Assembly (NCBI GenBank): GCA_963746845.1
Contig: CAVVCZ010000006.1
Coordinates: 128,001 to 192,000 of the forward strand
Direction: 5' to 3'
Source of the DNA: an uncultured Chloroflexia bacterium
Lineage (GTDB): Bacteria > Chloroflexota > Limnocylindria > Limnocylindrales > CSP1-4
Length of the DNA stretch: 64,000 nucleotides
Part shown: positions 28,844 through 37,087 of the stretch, piece after piece
How positions within the stretch are numbered: position 1 is the stretch's first letter
Layout: every line of letters starts with the position of its first letter
Notes under the pieces: generated by a model
The model's input: the letters and a program-made list of their open reading frames with translations, nothing else
What the model was told of the DNA's origin: nothing
Databases searched by the model: none
Position numbers and translations under genes: made by a program

Positions 28844-29469
28844 CCGGGACCCTCCGCCGGGCGGGCGAGGAGCGTCCGGATCACTCGCGCGAGCTCGCCG
28901 ATCGAGCGCAGGTGAGCGCGATCTGCGGCGACGGAGACCGTCGCCCGGCTGACACCCAGCCGTGCCGCGGCCTCGGATTGACGGAGGCCGTCGACGAGGA
29001 TCGGCCAGGCGATCTCCCGCTGCCGCTTCGTGAGGTCGTCGAGCAGCTCGCCGAGGAGGGGCGCGAGACCGTTGAGCAGGTCGTCGGTCGGGGGGTCGCC
29101 ACGGACCGCGGCGACGGACTCGCGACGCGAGGCGGCGCCGGCGAGGCGCTCGCGGGCCGTGATGAACGCCGGTCCGCTGCGCTGGGTGGCCGGTCCGTGG
29201 CCCGGATCGACCTCGCCCCGGACGAGGACCCAGCGCATCGGGAGCCGATCCGGATGGAGGGACGCGCGGAGGACGGCCCGGGTCGGGTCGGCGGCGGGCG
29301 TGAGCAGGCCCTGGATCTCGTCGCCCTGCGTGAACTCGAACGCCGCGAGCCGATCACCCGCGGGGTAGGCGGCGTCCAGATCGGCCGTCAGCATCCGGAG
29401 CCAGGCCGTCGCCGCCGGCGCATTGCCGCGCGAGCGGACCACGTCGCCGAAGAGCACCACGGCGTCCAT
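28840..29469 (-). CDS. SatD-family protein (cyclase-like palm domain + C-terminal HTH)
   Basis: GDVVRSR, TQGDEIQG, SGPAFITAR, LTKRQRE..QSEAAARLGVSRATVS. Confidence 0.82.
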   Translation of the reverse strand: MDAVVLFGDVVRSRGNAPAATAWLRMLTADLDAAYPAGDRLAAFEFTQGDEIQGLLTPAADPTRAVLRASLHPDRLPMRWVLVRGEVDPGHGPATQRSGPAFITARERLAGAASRRESVAAVRGDPPTDDLLNGLAPLLGELLDDLTKRQREIAWPILVDGLRQSEAAARLGVSRATVSVAADRAHLRSIGELARVIRTLLARPAEGPG

Positions 29470-29475
29470 CGCCCG

Positions 29476-29528
29476 AGGCTAACGCGAGCAGAGTTAGCCG
29501 TCAACGACTAATCCGGGTCGAGTTAGCC
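29476..29528 (-). promoter_or_regulatory. Leaderless sigma70 promoter overlaid by two tandem palindromic operators
   Basis: Minus strand TTGACG(29504-29499)-17 nt-TAGCCT(29481-29476)-6 nt-ATG; GGCTAAC-N9-GTTAGCC (29477-29499) and GACTAAT-N9-GTTAGCC (29506-29528). Confidence 0.75.
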
Positions 29529-29551
29529 ATCTCCGGCAAGCGAGGAGAGGC

Positions 29552-31117
29552 TCATCCGGCGACCGCAGCCGATCGCGCCTCGTCGACGATCTCCGCAACG
29601 CGCGCCCCGATCGCCGGCGTGTCGAACCGGAGCAGCGGGTCGGGATCGATCATCCGCTCCTCGACCTTCCCGTCGCGCCGGAAGTAGACCACCGGGTAGA
29701 TCGCCCCGCTGCCGTCCGCCTCCAGGGTCAGCGCGAGCAAATCGCCCGTGCCGTCGTCGCCGACCCCGTCCACGAACGCCGCCAGGGGCACGATCCCCTC
29801 GTTCCGCGGCCCCTCGCCCGGATCGAGCGAGATCACCCGGGCAAGGTAGGCCCGCTGGTGCCACAGCTCTGGCGCCATGGCGAGCTCCGCCTGGATCATC
29901 GTCACGAGGTCGTCCGCGGCGACCGGGGGTCGCTCCGGGGCCACCCCGAAGACCGTCCGGGCCACGTGGTTCGCGAGGACGCGGGCGTTGTACCGGGCAC
30001 CATGGACCGCGCCGGAGTTCGCGGGCAGGCCGTGCTTCTTCAACCCGGCGGATCCCTGCCCGATCGTCCCGGCGAAGAAGATGCCGGGCAGCGACGCGCT
30101 CTCCCAGTACGGCGTCTGGGCCGGGAGCCGGCTCTGCCCGAAGGTCGTCACCCCGAGATCCGGCAGGTCCAGGAGCGGCGTGACGAACCCGGTTGCCGAG
30201 ATGACCTCGTCGGCCTCGATCACGAGCTCGTCGCCGCCCGCCGATGGCCGCACCCGGACGATCAGGCCGTCGCCGCCCTCCGCCCGCTCGATCCCCCCGA
30301 TCGACGCGTCGAGGATCGTGACGCCGCCGCCGAGGACGTGATCCTCGAACGGCTGGACGTAGCGCGCCCGGACGCCGACGAGGGACTTCGTGTTGACCGA
30401 CAGCTTCGCCGGCGATGGTGAGGCGAGGACGATCCGGCGGGCCCAGGGCAGCAGCCCGGACGCCAGCTCGAAGCCCGAGTTCTGCTTGCCCATGATGAAG
30501 ACGCGGTGACCGGCGTACGTCTCCGCGGGCCGGGTGTCCGCATAGTGGGCGGCCAGCTCGATCCCCGGCGTCGCGGGCGCGTACGGCTCGGCGACGCCGA
30601 CCGCGAAGATCGCGACGCGGGCGCGGTACTCGCCGTCAGCCGTCTCGAGGATGAAGCGGTCGCCGTCGGCGGTCTCCTCTCGGCGGGTCGCGGTCCAGCG
30701 GCAGTCGTACCGGATCCGGACCCCGGTCTGCTTCGCGAACGTGCCGAGGTTCAGCTCCATCTCCGGTCGCGACGGGAAGTAGGACGTCCCGTCCATGAGG
30801 CCCGGCATCAACGAGCGGTGCTCGGGCTCGTCGGCGAGGAGGCTGTTCCAGTCGTAGCGCTCGTAGGCCCGGCTCGATTGCTCGACGGGGGCGTACGGCT
30901 TCGTCCACGACAGGAGCCGCTGGAAGAACGGCCAGCGGCGGAACATGCCGCCGGGCGCCGGATCGGCCGAGATCACCGCATGGTCGAGCCCGACGCGGTC
31001 GAGGGCGTACGCCACCTGGATCGCCCCGGGACCGCTGCCGACGACGATGACCGGGTAGTCGCCCGGTGGGAACGGTCGCTCGGCGTCGCGATCCCCCGAA
31101 GCGGTCAGCTCCGCCAC
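29552..31117 (-). CDS. NAD(P)/FAD-dependent oxidoreductase, FOXRED2-like
   Basis: VVGSGPGA, GGMFRRWP..RLLS.TK, RYDWNSLL, MGKQNSGFE, SATGF, WES...GIFFAGT, VHGARYNAR; GTG start overlaps the upstream gene. Confidence 0.82.
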   Translation of the reverse strand: MAELTASGDRDAERPFPPGDYPVIVVGSGPGAIQVAYALDRVGLDHAVISADPAPGGMFRRWPFFQRLLSWTKPYAPVEQSSRAYERYDWNSLLADEPEHRSLMPGLMDGTSYFPSRPEMELNLGTFAKQTGVRIRYDCRWTATRREETADGDRFILETADGEYRARVAIFAVGVAEPYAPATPGIELAAHYADTRPAETYAGHRVFIMGKQNSGFELASGLLPWARRIVLASPSPAKLSVNTKSLVGVRARYVQPFEDHVLGGGVTILDASIGGIERAEGGDGLIVRVRPSAGGDELVIEADEVISATGFVTPLLDLPDLGVTTFGQSRLPAQTPYWESASLPGIFFAGTIGQGSAGLKKHGLPANSGAVHGARYNARVLANHVARTVFGVAPERPPVAADDLVTMIQAELAMAPELWHQRAYLARVISLDPGEGPRNEGIVPLAAFVDGVGDDGTGDLLALTLEADGSGAIYPVVYFRRDGKVEERMIDPDPLLRFDTPAIGARVAEIVDEARSAAVAG

Positions 31118-31527
31118 CGGTTCGCGTTCCGCAGACGGCGCGCCTGCGCCTGAAGCATCCGGTACATCAACGGCGGGTTGTCGAGGAGGACACCGCGCAC
31201 CGCCGGTCCGCCGAGCACGAGTGTCCGCATCTCGCGGGAGGCGACGATGTCGGCGCCGGGCGGCTCGCCCAGCAGGATCGACACCTCGCCGAAGAAGTCG
31301 CCGCGGGACAGGGTGGCCCGCTTCTGGCCGTCGATGATCACGTCGGCCTCGCCGTCGAGGATCACGTGGAACGCCGAGCCGGTCAGGCCCTGCCGGAGGA
31401 TCCGGGTGCCCTGGGCGTGGACCTCCTCCTCGAACATGTGGGCGATCCGCTCGAGCTGCGGCGTCGTCAGGTCGGCGAAGAGCGCGAACCCGGCGATCTG
31501 GTCGACGATCTCGTCGCGACTGGCCAT
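31105..31527 (-). CDS. Stand-alone cyclic-nucleotide-binding domain protein (degenerate phosphate-binding cassette)
   Basis: LFADL, ILRQG, ILDGEADV, GDFFGEVSILLGEPPGA. Confidence 0.88.
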   Translation of the reverse strand: MASRDEIVDQIAGFALFADLTTPQLERIAHMFEEEVHAQGTRILRQGLTGSAFHVILDGEADVIIDGQKRATLSRGDFFGEVSILLGEPPGADIVASREMRTLVLGGPAVRGVLLDNPPLMYRMLQAQARRLRNANRWRS

Positions 31528-31670
31528 GGACGGGTCGTCCCTCCAACGGAGCGTGGTGGACGCATTCTGGCACTTGCCACCGTTCGGCGATGACCGCTCC
31601 CTCGCGGACGTCGCGGTTGACGCCGACCGGGCGCGGCGCGCAGCATCACGAGGAACTCACAGGAGGCTCC

Positions 31671-32099
31671 GTGACCCTCACCCTCGACCGGCGGAACGAG
31701 CTGCTCGGCAACTGTCCGCTGTTCCGCGGCGTGACCGGCGACGACCTGTCGGCGGTCGCCGACCGGGCCGTCGAGGTCGACTTCCCGGCCGACCACGTGA
31801 TCGCCCGGCAGGGCGAGATCGAGACCGGCTTCTTCGTCGTCATCGAGGGGTCCGTGCGGGTCGTCCGGGACGGGCAGGAGCTGGCCCGCCTCGGGCCCGG
31901 CGACTTCTTCGGCGAGATGTCGGTCATCGACGGCCTGCCCCGGGTGGCCTCCGTCGCGACGGAGGAACCGACCCGCTGTCTCGCCCTCGCGAGCTGGGAG
32001 TTCGAGAAGCTCGTCCTCGACCATCCGACCATCGGTCTGGCGATCCTCCGGGGCCTGTCGGCCCGGCTGCGATCGAAGACCGAGCCGCCCCAGCACTGA
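31671..32099 (+). CDS. Stand-alone cyclic-nucleotide-binding domain protein
   Basis: AGGAGG before GTG 31671; PLFRGV, IARQGE, IEGSVRV, GDFFGEMSVIDGLPRVAS. Confidence 0.9.
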   Translation: MTLTLDRRNELLGNCPLFRGVTGDDLSAVADRAVEVDFPADHVIARQGEIETGFFVVIEGSVRVVRDGQELARLGPGDFFGEMSVIDGLPRVASVATEEPTRCLALASWEFEKLVLDHPTIGLAILRGLSARLRSKTEPPQH

Positions 32100-32131
32100 C
32101 GGAGCGTCCCCCCACGGACACGCAGACCGGG

Positions 32132-34873
32132 GTGCGGTCCCTGCCGACCGGCACCGTCGCCTTCATGTTCACCGACATCGAGGGCTCGACCGCGCTCGCC
32201 CAGGCGCTCGGCGCCGAGCGCTGGAGCGCGCTCCTCGGCCGGCATCGCGAGCTGATCCGGGCCGCGGTCGCCGCCCACGGCGGCTCGGAGGTCTCGACCG
32301 AGGGCGACGGCTTCTTCCTCGTCTTCCCCCGGACGTCCGACGCGATCGCCGCGGCCGTGGACGCCCAGCGGGCGCTGGATGCCGAGCCCTGGTCGCCGGA
32401 CGCGCCGGTCCGGGTCCGGATGGGGATCCATACCGGGGACGGGCGGCTGGACGGGGACGGCAGCTACGTCGGGGCGGACGTCCATCGCGCGGCGCGGGTC
32501 GCCGCCGCAGGGAACGGGGGCCAGGTCCTCCTGTCCGAGACGACCTCGTCGCTCGTCGCGGACGAGCTGCCGCCGGGCGTCGTGCTGCGCGGCCTCGGGG
32601 AGCACCGCCTGAAGGACCTCCGGCCGGAGCGCCTGTGCCAGCTCGTCGTCGAGGGGCTGCGGTCCGACTTCCCGCCGATCCGCTCGCTCGACCGGCGACC
32701 GAACAACCTGCCCACCCAGCTCACGAGCTTCGTCGGCCGGGCGGCGGAGCTGGCGAAGGCCGAGGAGCTGCTCCAGACGACGCGGCTCCTCACCCTCACG
32801 GGCCCGGGCGGCACCGGCAAGACCCGGCTGTCGCTCCAGCTCGCGGCGAACGTGTCCGACCGGTTCCCGGACGGGGTCTGGTTCATCGCGCTCGAGCCCG
32901 TTCGCGACCCGGGCCTGATCGACGCCACGATCCTGACGACGGTCGGGCTGGTCGAGGGCGGCGGACGGACGGCGCGCGACATCCTCGTCGACTGGCTCGC
33001 GGCGCGCCAGGCACTCCTCGTCCTCGACAACTTCGAGCAGGTGATCGAGGGGGCGCCGATCGTCGCGGACCTCCTGCGCAGCGCACCGAAGGTCTCGGTG
33101 ATCGTCACGAGCCGGGCCCCGCTGCGGGTCAGCGGGGAGCAGGAGTACCCGGTCCCCGGCCTGCCCGCGCCGGTCGACGTCCTCGCCCTGACGGACCTCG
33201 AGAAGCTGAACCTGCCTGCCGGCGCGCGACGCCTGGACGCGACGTCGATCACGACCTACGAGGCGGTCCGGCTGTTCATCGCCCGGGCTCTCGCGGTCCG
33301 GCCGGATTTCCGGGTCACGAACGAGAACGCGCCCGCCGTCGCCGGGATCGCCGCGCGTCTTCACGGGATGCCCCTCGCGATCGAGCTGGCGGCGGCCCGG
33401 GTCAAGCTCCTCCCGCCGGACGCGATCCTCGAGCGGCTCGAGCACCAGCTCGGCGTCCTGGCCGCGGGGTCGCGCGACCTGCCGGAGCGCCAGCAGACGC
33501 TCCGCGGGGCGATCGCCTGGAGCCACGAGCTCCTGGACGCCGGCCAGCGCCGGCTCTTCGCCCGGATGTCCGTGTTCGTCGGCGGCTGCGAGCTGGACAG
33601 CGCCGAGACGATCTGCGGGCCGGCCTCCGAGCTCGATGGCCTCGACGTCCTCGACGGGCTGATGGCCCTCGCCGACCAGAGCCTCGTCCGGGTCGAGGAG
33701 ATCGACGACGCGACCCGGTTCCGGATGCTCGACACGATCCGCGAGTTCGCTGCGGAACAGCTGACCGCGAGCGGCGAGCGCGAGGAGATCGAGCGCCGCC
33801 ACAGCGCCGCCTTCGTCGAGCTCGCCGAGTCCCTGACGCCGCGGCTGTCCGGCGACGACCAGCGCCGGTGGCTGGGCCGGCTCGAGCGCGACCACGACAA
33901 CATCCGGGCCGTGCTCGACCGGGCGACCGCCGCCGGCGATGGGCCGACCGCGATCCGCCTCGGGTTCGCGATGTGGCGTTACTGGCAGAAGCGCGGGCAT
34001 CTCGCCGAGGCGAGCCGCCGGCTCCGGGCGATGGCCGACGCGCCCTGGTCCCACGACGATCCCGTGCTGCGGGCCCACCTCATGGAGGCGTTCGGCGGCG
34101 TGGCCTGGTGGCAGGCCGACCTCGCCGCCATGGCGCCGGCGTACAACGAGGCGCTTGCGATCTGGGAAGAGGTCGGCGACCAGCGGGAGATCGTCAACGC
34201 GCTCTACAACGACTCGTTCCAGTACTCGGTCACGGTCGATCCGAAGGAGTCCGACCCCGACCACATCGGGTTCCGTCAGATGATCCGCGCGCGCGACCTC
34301 GCGGCCGAGATCGGCGACGAGCGTGGTCACGCGAACGCGCTCTGGGGGATCGGCAACTACCGCTATTTCCATGACGATGAGGACCGCGGCCTGAGCCAGT
34401 TCCGCGAGGCGCTCGACATCTTCCGCCGCATCGGCGACCGGACGATGGAGGCGTGGTCGCTCCACATGCTCAGCACCGCCCTGATCCGCGCTCAAGAGAC
34501 CGAGGAGTCGCGCCGGGACGCGTTCGCGGCGCTCCGGCTGTTCCACCAGTACGGCGACGTCGCCGGGATCACGCTCGCCCTGGACGACTTCGCCGCGATC
34601 GCGATCGCCGATGGGGACGTGCCGCGGGCCGCCCGGCTGTGGGGGGCGGCGCGGGCCCTGTCATCCGCGAGCGGCGTCGGCCTGGCCGACTTCGTCGATG
34701 AGCAGGACGAGTACTACGGCCGGCCGAACGCCCGGTCCTCGGTCGATCCTGCCGAGCTCGAGAAGTATGCAAACGAGGGCCGCTCCATGACCCTCGACGA
34801 GAGCGTCGCCTACGCGCTGCAGTCCTCCATCGACGACCTGGCGCCGCACGACCACGCAGGCACCGCGCGATGA
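32132..34873 (+). CDS. Class III cyclase - STAND (NB-ARC-like) ATPase - TPR protein
   Basis: LPTGTVAFMFTDIEGST, TEGDGF, RMGIHTG, VHRAAR; NNLP..LTSFVGR, GPGGTGKTRL, LVLDNFE, VTSR, GMPLAIELAA; helical repeats; start approximate. Confidence 0.92.
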   Translation: MRSLPTGTVAFMFTDIEGSTALAQALGAERWSALLGRHRELIRAAVAAHGGSEVSTEGDGFFLVFPRTSDAIAAAVDAQRALDAEPWSPDAPVRVRMGIHTGDGRLDGDGSYVGADVHRAARVAAAGNGGQVLLSETTSSLVADELPPGVVLRGLGEHRLKDLRPERLCQLVVEGLRSDFPPIRSLDRRPNNLPTQLTSFVGRAAELAKAEELLQTTRLLTLTGPGGTGKTRLSLQLAANVSDRFPDGVWFIALEPVRDPGLIDATILTTVGLVEGGGRTARDILVDWLAARQALLVLDNFEQVIEGAPIVADLLRSAPKVSVIVTSRAPLRVSGEQEYPVPGLPAPVDVLALTDLEKLNLPAGARRLDATSITTYEAVRLFIARALAVRPDFRVTNENAPAVAGIAARLHGMPLAIELAAARVKLLPPDAILERLEHQLGVLAAGSRDLPERQQTLRGAIAWSHELLDAGQRRLFARMSVFVGGCELDSAETICGPASELDGLDVLDGLMALADQSLVRVEEIDDATRFRMLDTIREFAAEQLTASGEREEIERRHSAAFVELAESLTPRLSGDDQRRWLGRLERDHDNIRAVLDRATAAGDGPTAIRLGFAMWRYWQKRGHLAEASRRLRAMADAPWSHDDPVLRAHLMEAFGGVAWWQADLAAMAPAYNEALAIWEEVGDQREIVNALYNDSFQYSVTVDPKESDPDHIGFRQMIRARDLAAEIGDERGHANALWGIGNYRYFHDDEDRGLSQFREALDIFRRIGDRTMEAWSLHMLSTALIRAQETEESRRDAFAALRLFHQYGDVAGITLALDDFAAIAIADGDVPRAARLWGAARALSSASGVGLADFVDEQDEYYGRPNARSSVDPAELEKYANEGRSMTLDESVAYALQSSIDDLAPHDHAGTAR

Positions 34874-35055
34874 TCGAGCCGATCGAGATCCGGCTGCTCG
34901 ACGACGAGGGGGACACGCCGGCCGAGGCATCCATCAGCGATGATCCGGCCGCCGTCGTCCTGACCTGCGCAAACTGCGGGGCCGCGATGGACGAACGGAA
35001 ATGCAAGCTGATCTGCCGGTGCGGATACTTCCTGTCCTGCTCCGACTACTACTGA
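34870..35055 (+). CDS. Small Cys-rich Zn-finger protein
   Basis: CANC..CKLIC.CGYFLSCSDYY; ATGA overlap with the STAND gene stop. Confidence 0.8.
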   Translation: MIEPIEIRLLDDEGDTPAEASISDDPAAVVLTCANCGAAMDERKCKLICRCGYFLSCSDYY

Positions 35056-35089
35056 CCGCGGGCGCGAACGCCCGCCGGAGGACCTTCGC

Positions 35090-35512
35090 ATGACCCTTGC
35101 CGCCTTCGCCGCCACGAGCGCTCCCGGTCCGATCGGCGTCGACTACCAGCCGGGCGTCTGCAACATCGGCCCGGCCGAGATCGCCCGTCGCCGGAGGGCC
35201 GGCCACGTCGGGCTCATCGCGACGGTCGCGCTGTTCGCGATCCTCGTCGCCGTCGATGCGCCGCCGATCGCGAGGCTCGTGCTGTTCCTCCCGGCGGCCA
35301 TCGCGGCCTCGGGCTACCTCCAGGCGTGGCTCAAATTCTGCGCCGGGTTCGGGTCCCGCGGGATCTTCAACTTCGGCGACGTCGGCTCGACCGACGAGGT
35401 CGCGGACGCCGCGGCCCGCGCACTCGACAAGGCGAAGGCCAATCGGATCGGGCTGCTCAGCTTCGCGATCGGGCTGGGCGTGGCGGTCGTCGCGGTGCTT
35501 CTCCCGATCTGA
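35090..35512 (+). CDS. Conserved small membrane protein
   Basis: YQPGVCNIGPAEIARRR, LQA..KFC..FG; three TM segments; GGAGG RBS. Confidence 0.75.
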   Translation: MTLAAFAATSAPGPIGVDYQPGVCNIGPAEIARRRRAGHVGLIATVALFAILVAVDAPPIARLVLFLPAAIAASGYLQAWLKFCAGFGSRGIFNFGDVGSTDEVADAAARALDKAKANRIGLLSFAIGLGVAVVAVLLPI

Positions 35513-35545
35513 ACGGTCCCGGCGCGGCCGCCGTAGACTTCGGCG

Positions 35546-36454
35546 ATGACCGCCGAGGCGACCCAGCCCGCCGCCACCGGGCCGGCCCCGACCACCGCCG
35601 CCGGTGCTTCGGCGCCCGGTCGCGAGAAGACCGCGATCCCGAAGAACCCTGGGCGGCGCGACCTCGGGATGAAGGCGACGCTCCTGTTCCCGAACAAGGA
35701 GATCGTCGAGCAGTACTACGTCCCGCTGATCTACACCGCGTGCCGGACGTGCTACTCGGAGCTGACCCCCGACGACATCTTCGACCGCGCGACCGACGGC
35801 CGGGTCGAGCCGGCGAAGATGCAGAAGCTGATCTCCGGCGTGATCGAGTCCGGCCACGGGAGCACGATCGAGCACGTCGTCTTCACCTTCGGGATCAGCG
35901 GCGTGTCGCGGACGCTGTCCCACCAGCTCGTCCGCCATCGGGCTGGCGTCGCGTTCGACCAGCAGAGCCAGCGCTACGTCACCTTCAAGGGCGCGTCGAC
36001 GATGCTGCCGGCCTCGATCGAGGACGCCGAGCCGGAGCTGCGCGACGCGTACAACGAGCAGATCGCGGGCTCGATGGACCTGTACGGCCAGCTCGTCGGT
36101 GCCGGGATCCCGGGCGAGGACGCCCGGTTCGTCTTCCCGAACGCGACCCGGACGAACCTCGTCATGACCACGAACTTGCGCGCGCTCATCCACATGTCCG
36201 GGCTGCGCCTGTGCACGATGGCCCAGTGGGAGATCCGCCGGCTGTTCCAGCTGATCCGCCACGAGATCTTCCAGGTGAGCCCGTTCCTGGGCTCGTTCCT
36301 CGCGCCGAAGTGCGTCGCCCTCGGCTACTGCGACGAGATGGGCAACCGCGACGAGCACTGCCCGATCCGCCCGCACAAGGACAACGTCCTCGCGGCGTGG
36401 GCGGAGAAGTCGAAGGCCGCGAAGGCCGCGGGTCGCGACCTTCCGGTCCGCTGA
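35546..36454 (+). CDS. thyX: FAD-dependent thymidylate synthase
   Basis: GHGSTIEH, SRTLSHQLVRHR...QQSQRYV, EDARFVFPN, NLRAL.H...R....AQWEIR. Confidence 0.95.
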   Translation: MTAEATQPAATGPAPTTAAGASAPGREKTAIPKNPGRRDLGMKATLLFPNKEIVEQYYVPLIYTACRTCYSELTPDDIFDRATDGRVEPAKMQKLISGVIESGHGSTIEHVVFTFGISGVSRTLSHQLVRHRAGVAFDQQSQRYVTFKGASTMLPASIEDAEPELRDAYNEQIAGSMDLYGQLVGAGIPGEDARFVFPNATRTNLVMTTNLRALIHMSGLRLCTMAQWEIRRLFQLIRHEIFQVSPFLGSFLAPKCVALGYCDEMGNRDEHCPIRPHKDNVLAAWAEKSKAAKAAGRDLPVR

Positions 36455-36482
36455 TCATCGGATCGAGCGAGCTCCTCTGAAC

Positions 36483-37061
36483 ATGGCGGAGCCCAATCGC
36501 CTGCAGCAGGCCGTCGCACCGAACACGATCGGCTCGGTGACGCCGCGTCCATCCCCGTCGCCGGCGCCACGGACGGCCCCCGACGGAGCGACGAACGACG
36601 ATGGCGATGCCTTCGACACCTTCGACCTCGATGACCTCGACGAGGCCGCCGCGGCGGCGGACCACGCCGTCTCCCATGGCGAGCTCGACCGGCGGGTCCA
36701 GGAGGCCGTCGCGACGGCGATGGCCGATCAGACGGCGGCGGTCGCGGCGGCCCGACGGCGCGGCCGGATCGGGTTCATCGCCGGGCTCCTCCTCGCGGCG
36801 GCAGGCGTCCCGCTGTTCTTCGGGGCGTCGCTCGTCGCCGAGGAGGCCGGCATCGCGCTGATCTGCATCGGCATCGGCGTGGCGCTCCTGTCGATCCTCA
36901 TCGCCGCCGCCCGAGCCGACGTCGCGGCGAGCCGGCGATCGACGACCGCGGCGGTCGCCACCACGATCCTGTTCCCGCATGCGGCGATCGTCTGGATCGC
37001 CGCGATCGGGCTCGTCGCGTTCGGATTGCTCGTCCTGCTGGTGGCCGTGCAGACAGCCTGA
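36483..37061 (+). CDS. Hypothetical membrane protein
   Basis: Acidic N-terminus plus about four TM segments; codon usage typical of the window. Confidence 0.6.
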   Translation: MAEPNRLQQAVAPNTIGSVTPRPSPSPAPRTAPDGATNDDGDAFDTFDLDDLDEAAAAADHAVSHGELDRRVQEAVATAMADQTAAVAAARRRGRIGFIAGLLLAAAGVPLFFGASLVAEEAGIALICIGIGVALLSILIAAARADVAASRRSTTAAVATTILFPHAAIVWIAAIGLVAFGLLVLLVAVQTA

Positions 37062-37087
37062 CGAACGGAAGCCCAGGCGAGCCGCGG

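Noticed and set aside
31568-31579. TGGCA-ct-TGCCA palindrome in the divergent cNMP promoter as a CRP or sigma54 site
   Set aside because: Does not fit TGTGA-N6-TCACA or GG-N10-GC spacing; too short to call
31178-32131. N-terminal extension of the cyclase-STAND ORF
   Set aside because: Overlaps two genuine cNMP-binding genes; cyclase homology begins at LPTGTV near 32140
25652-35055. Pycsar or CBASS anti-phage system
   Set aside because: No CD-NTase; the cNMP domains lack TIR or TM effector fusions; native GC and a housekeeping context. A signalling role is more parsimonious, though it is untested
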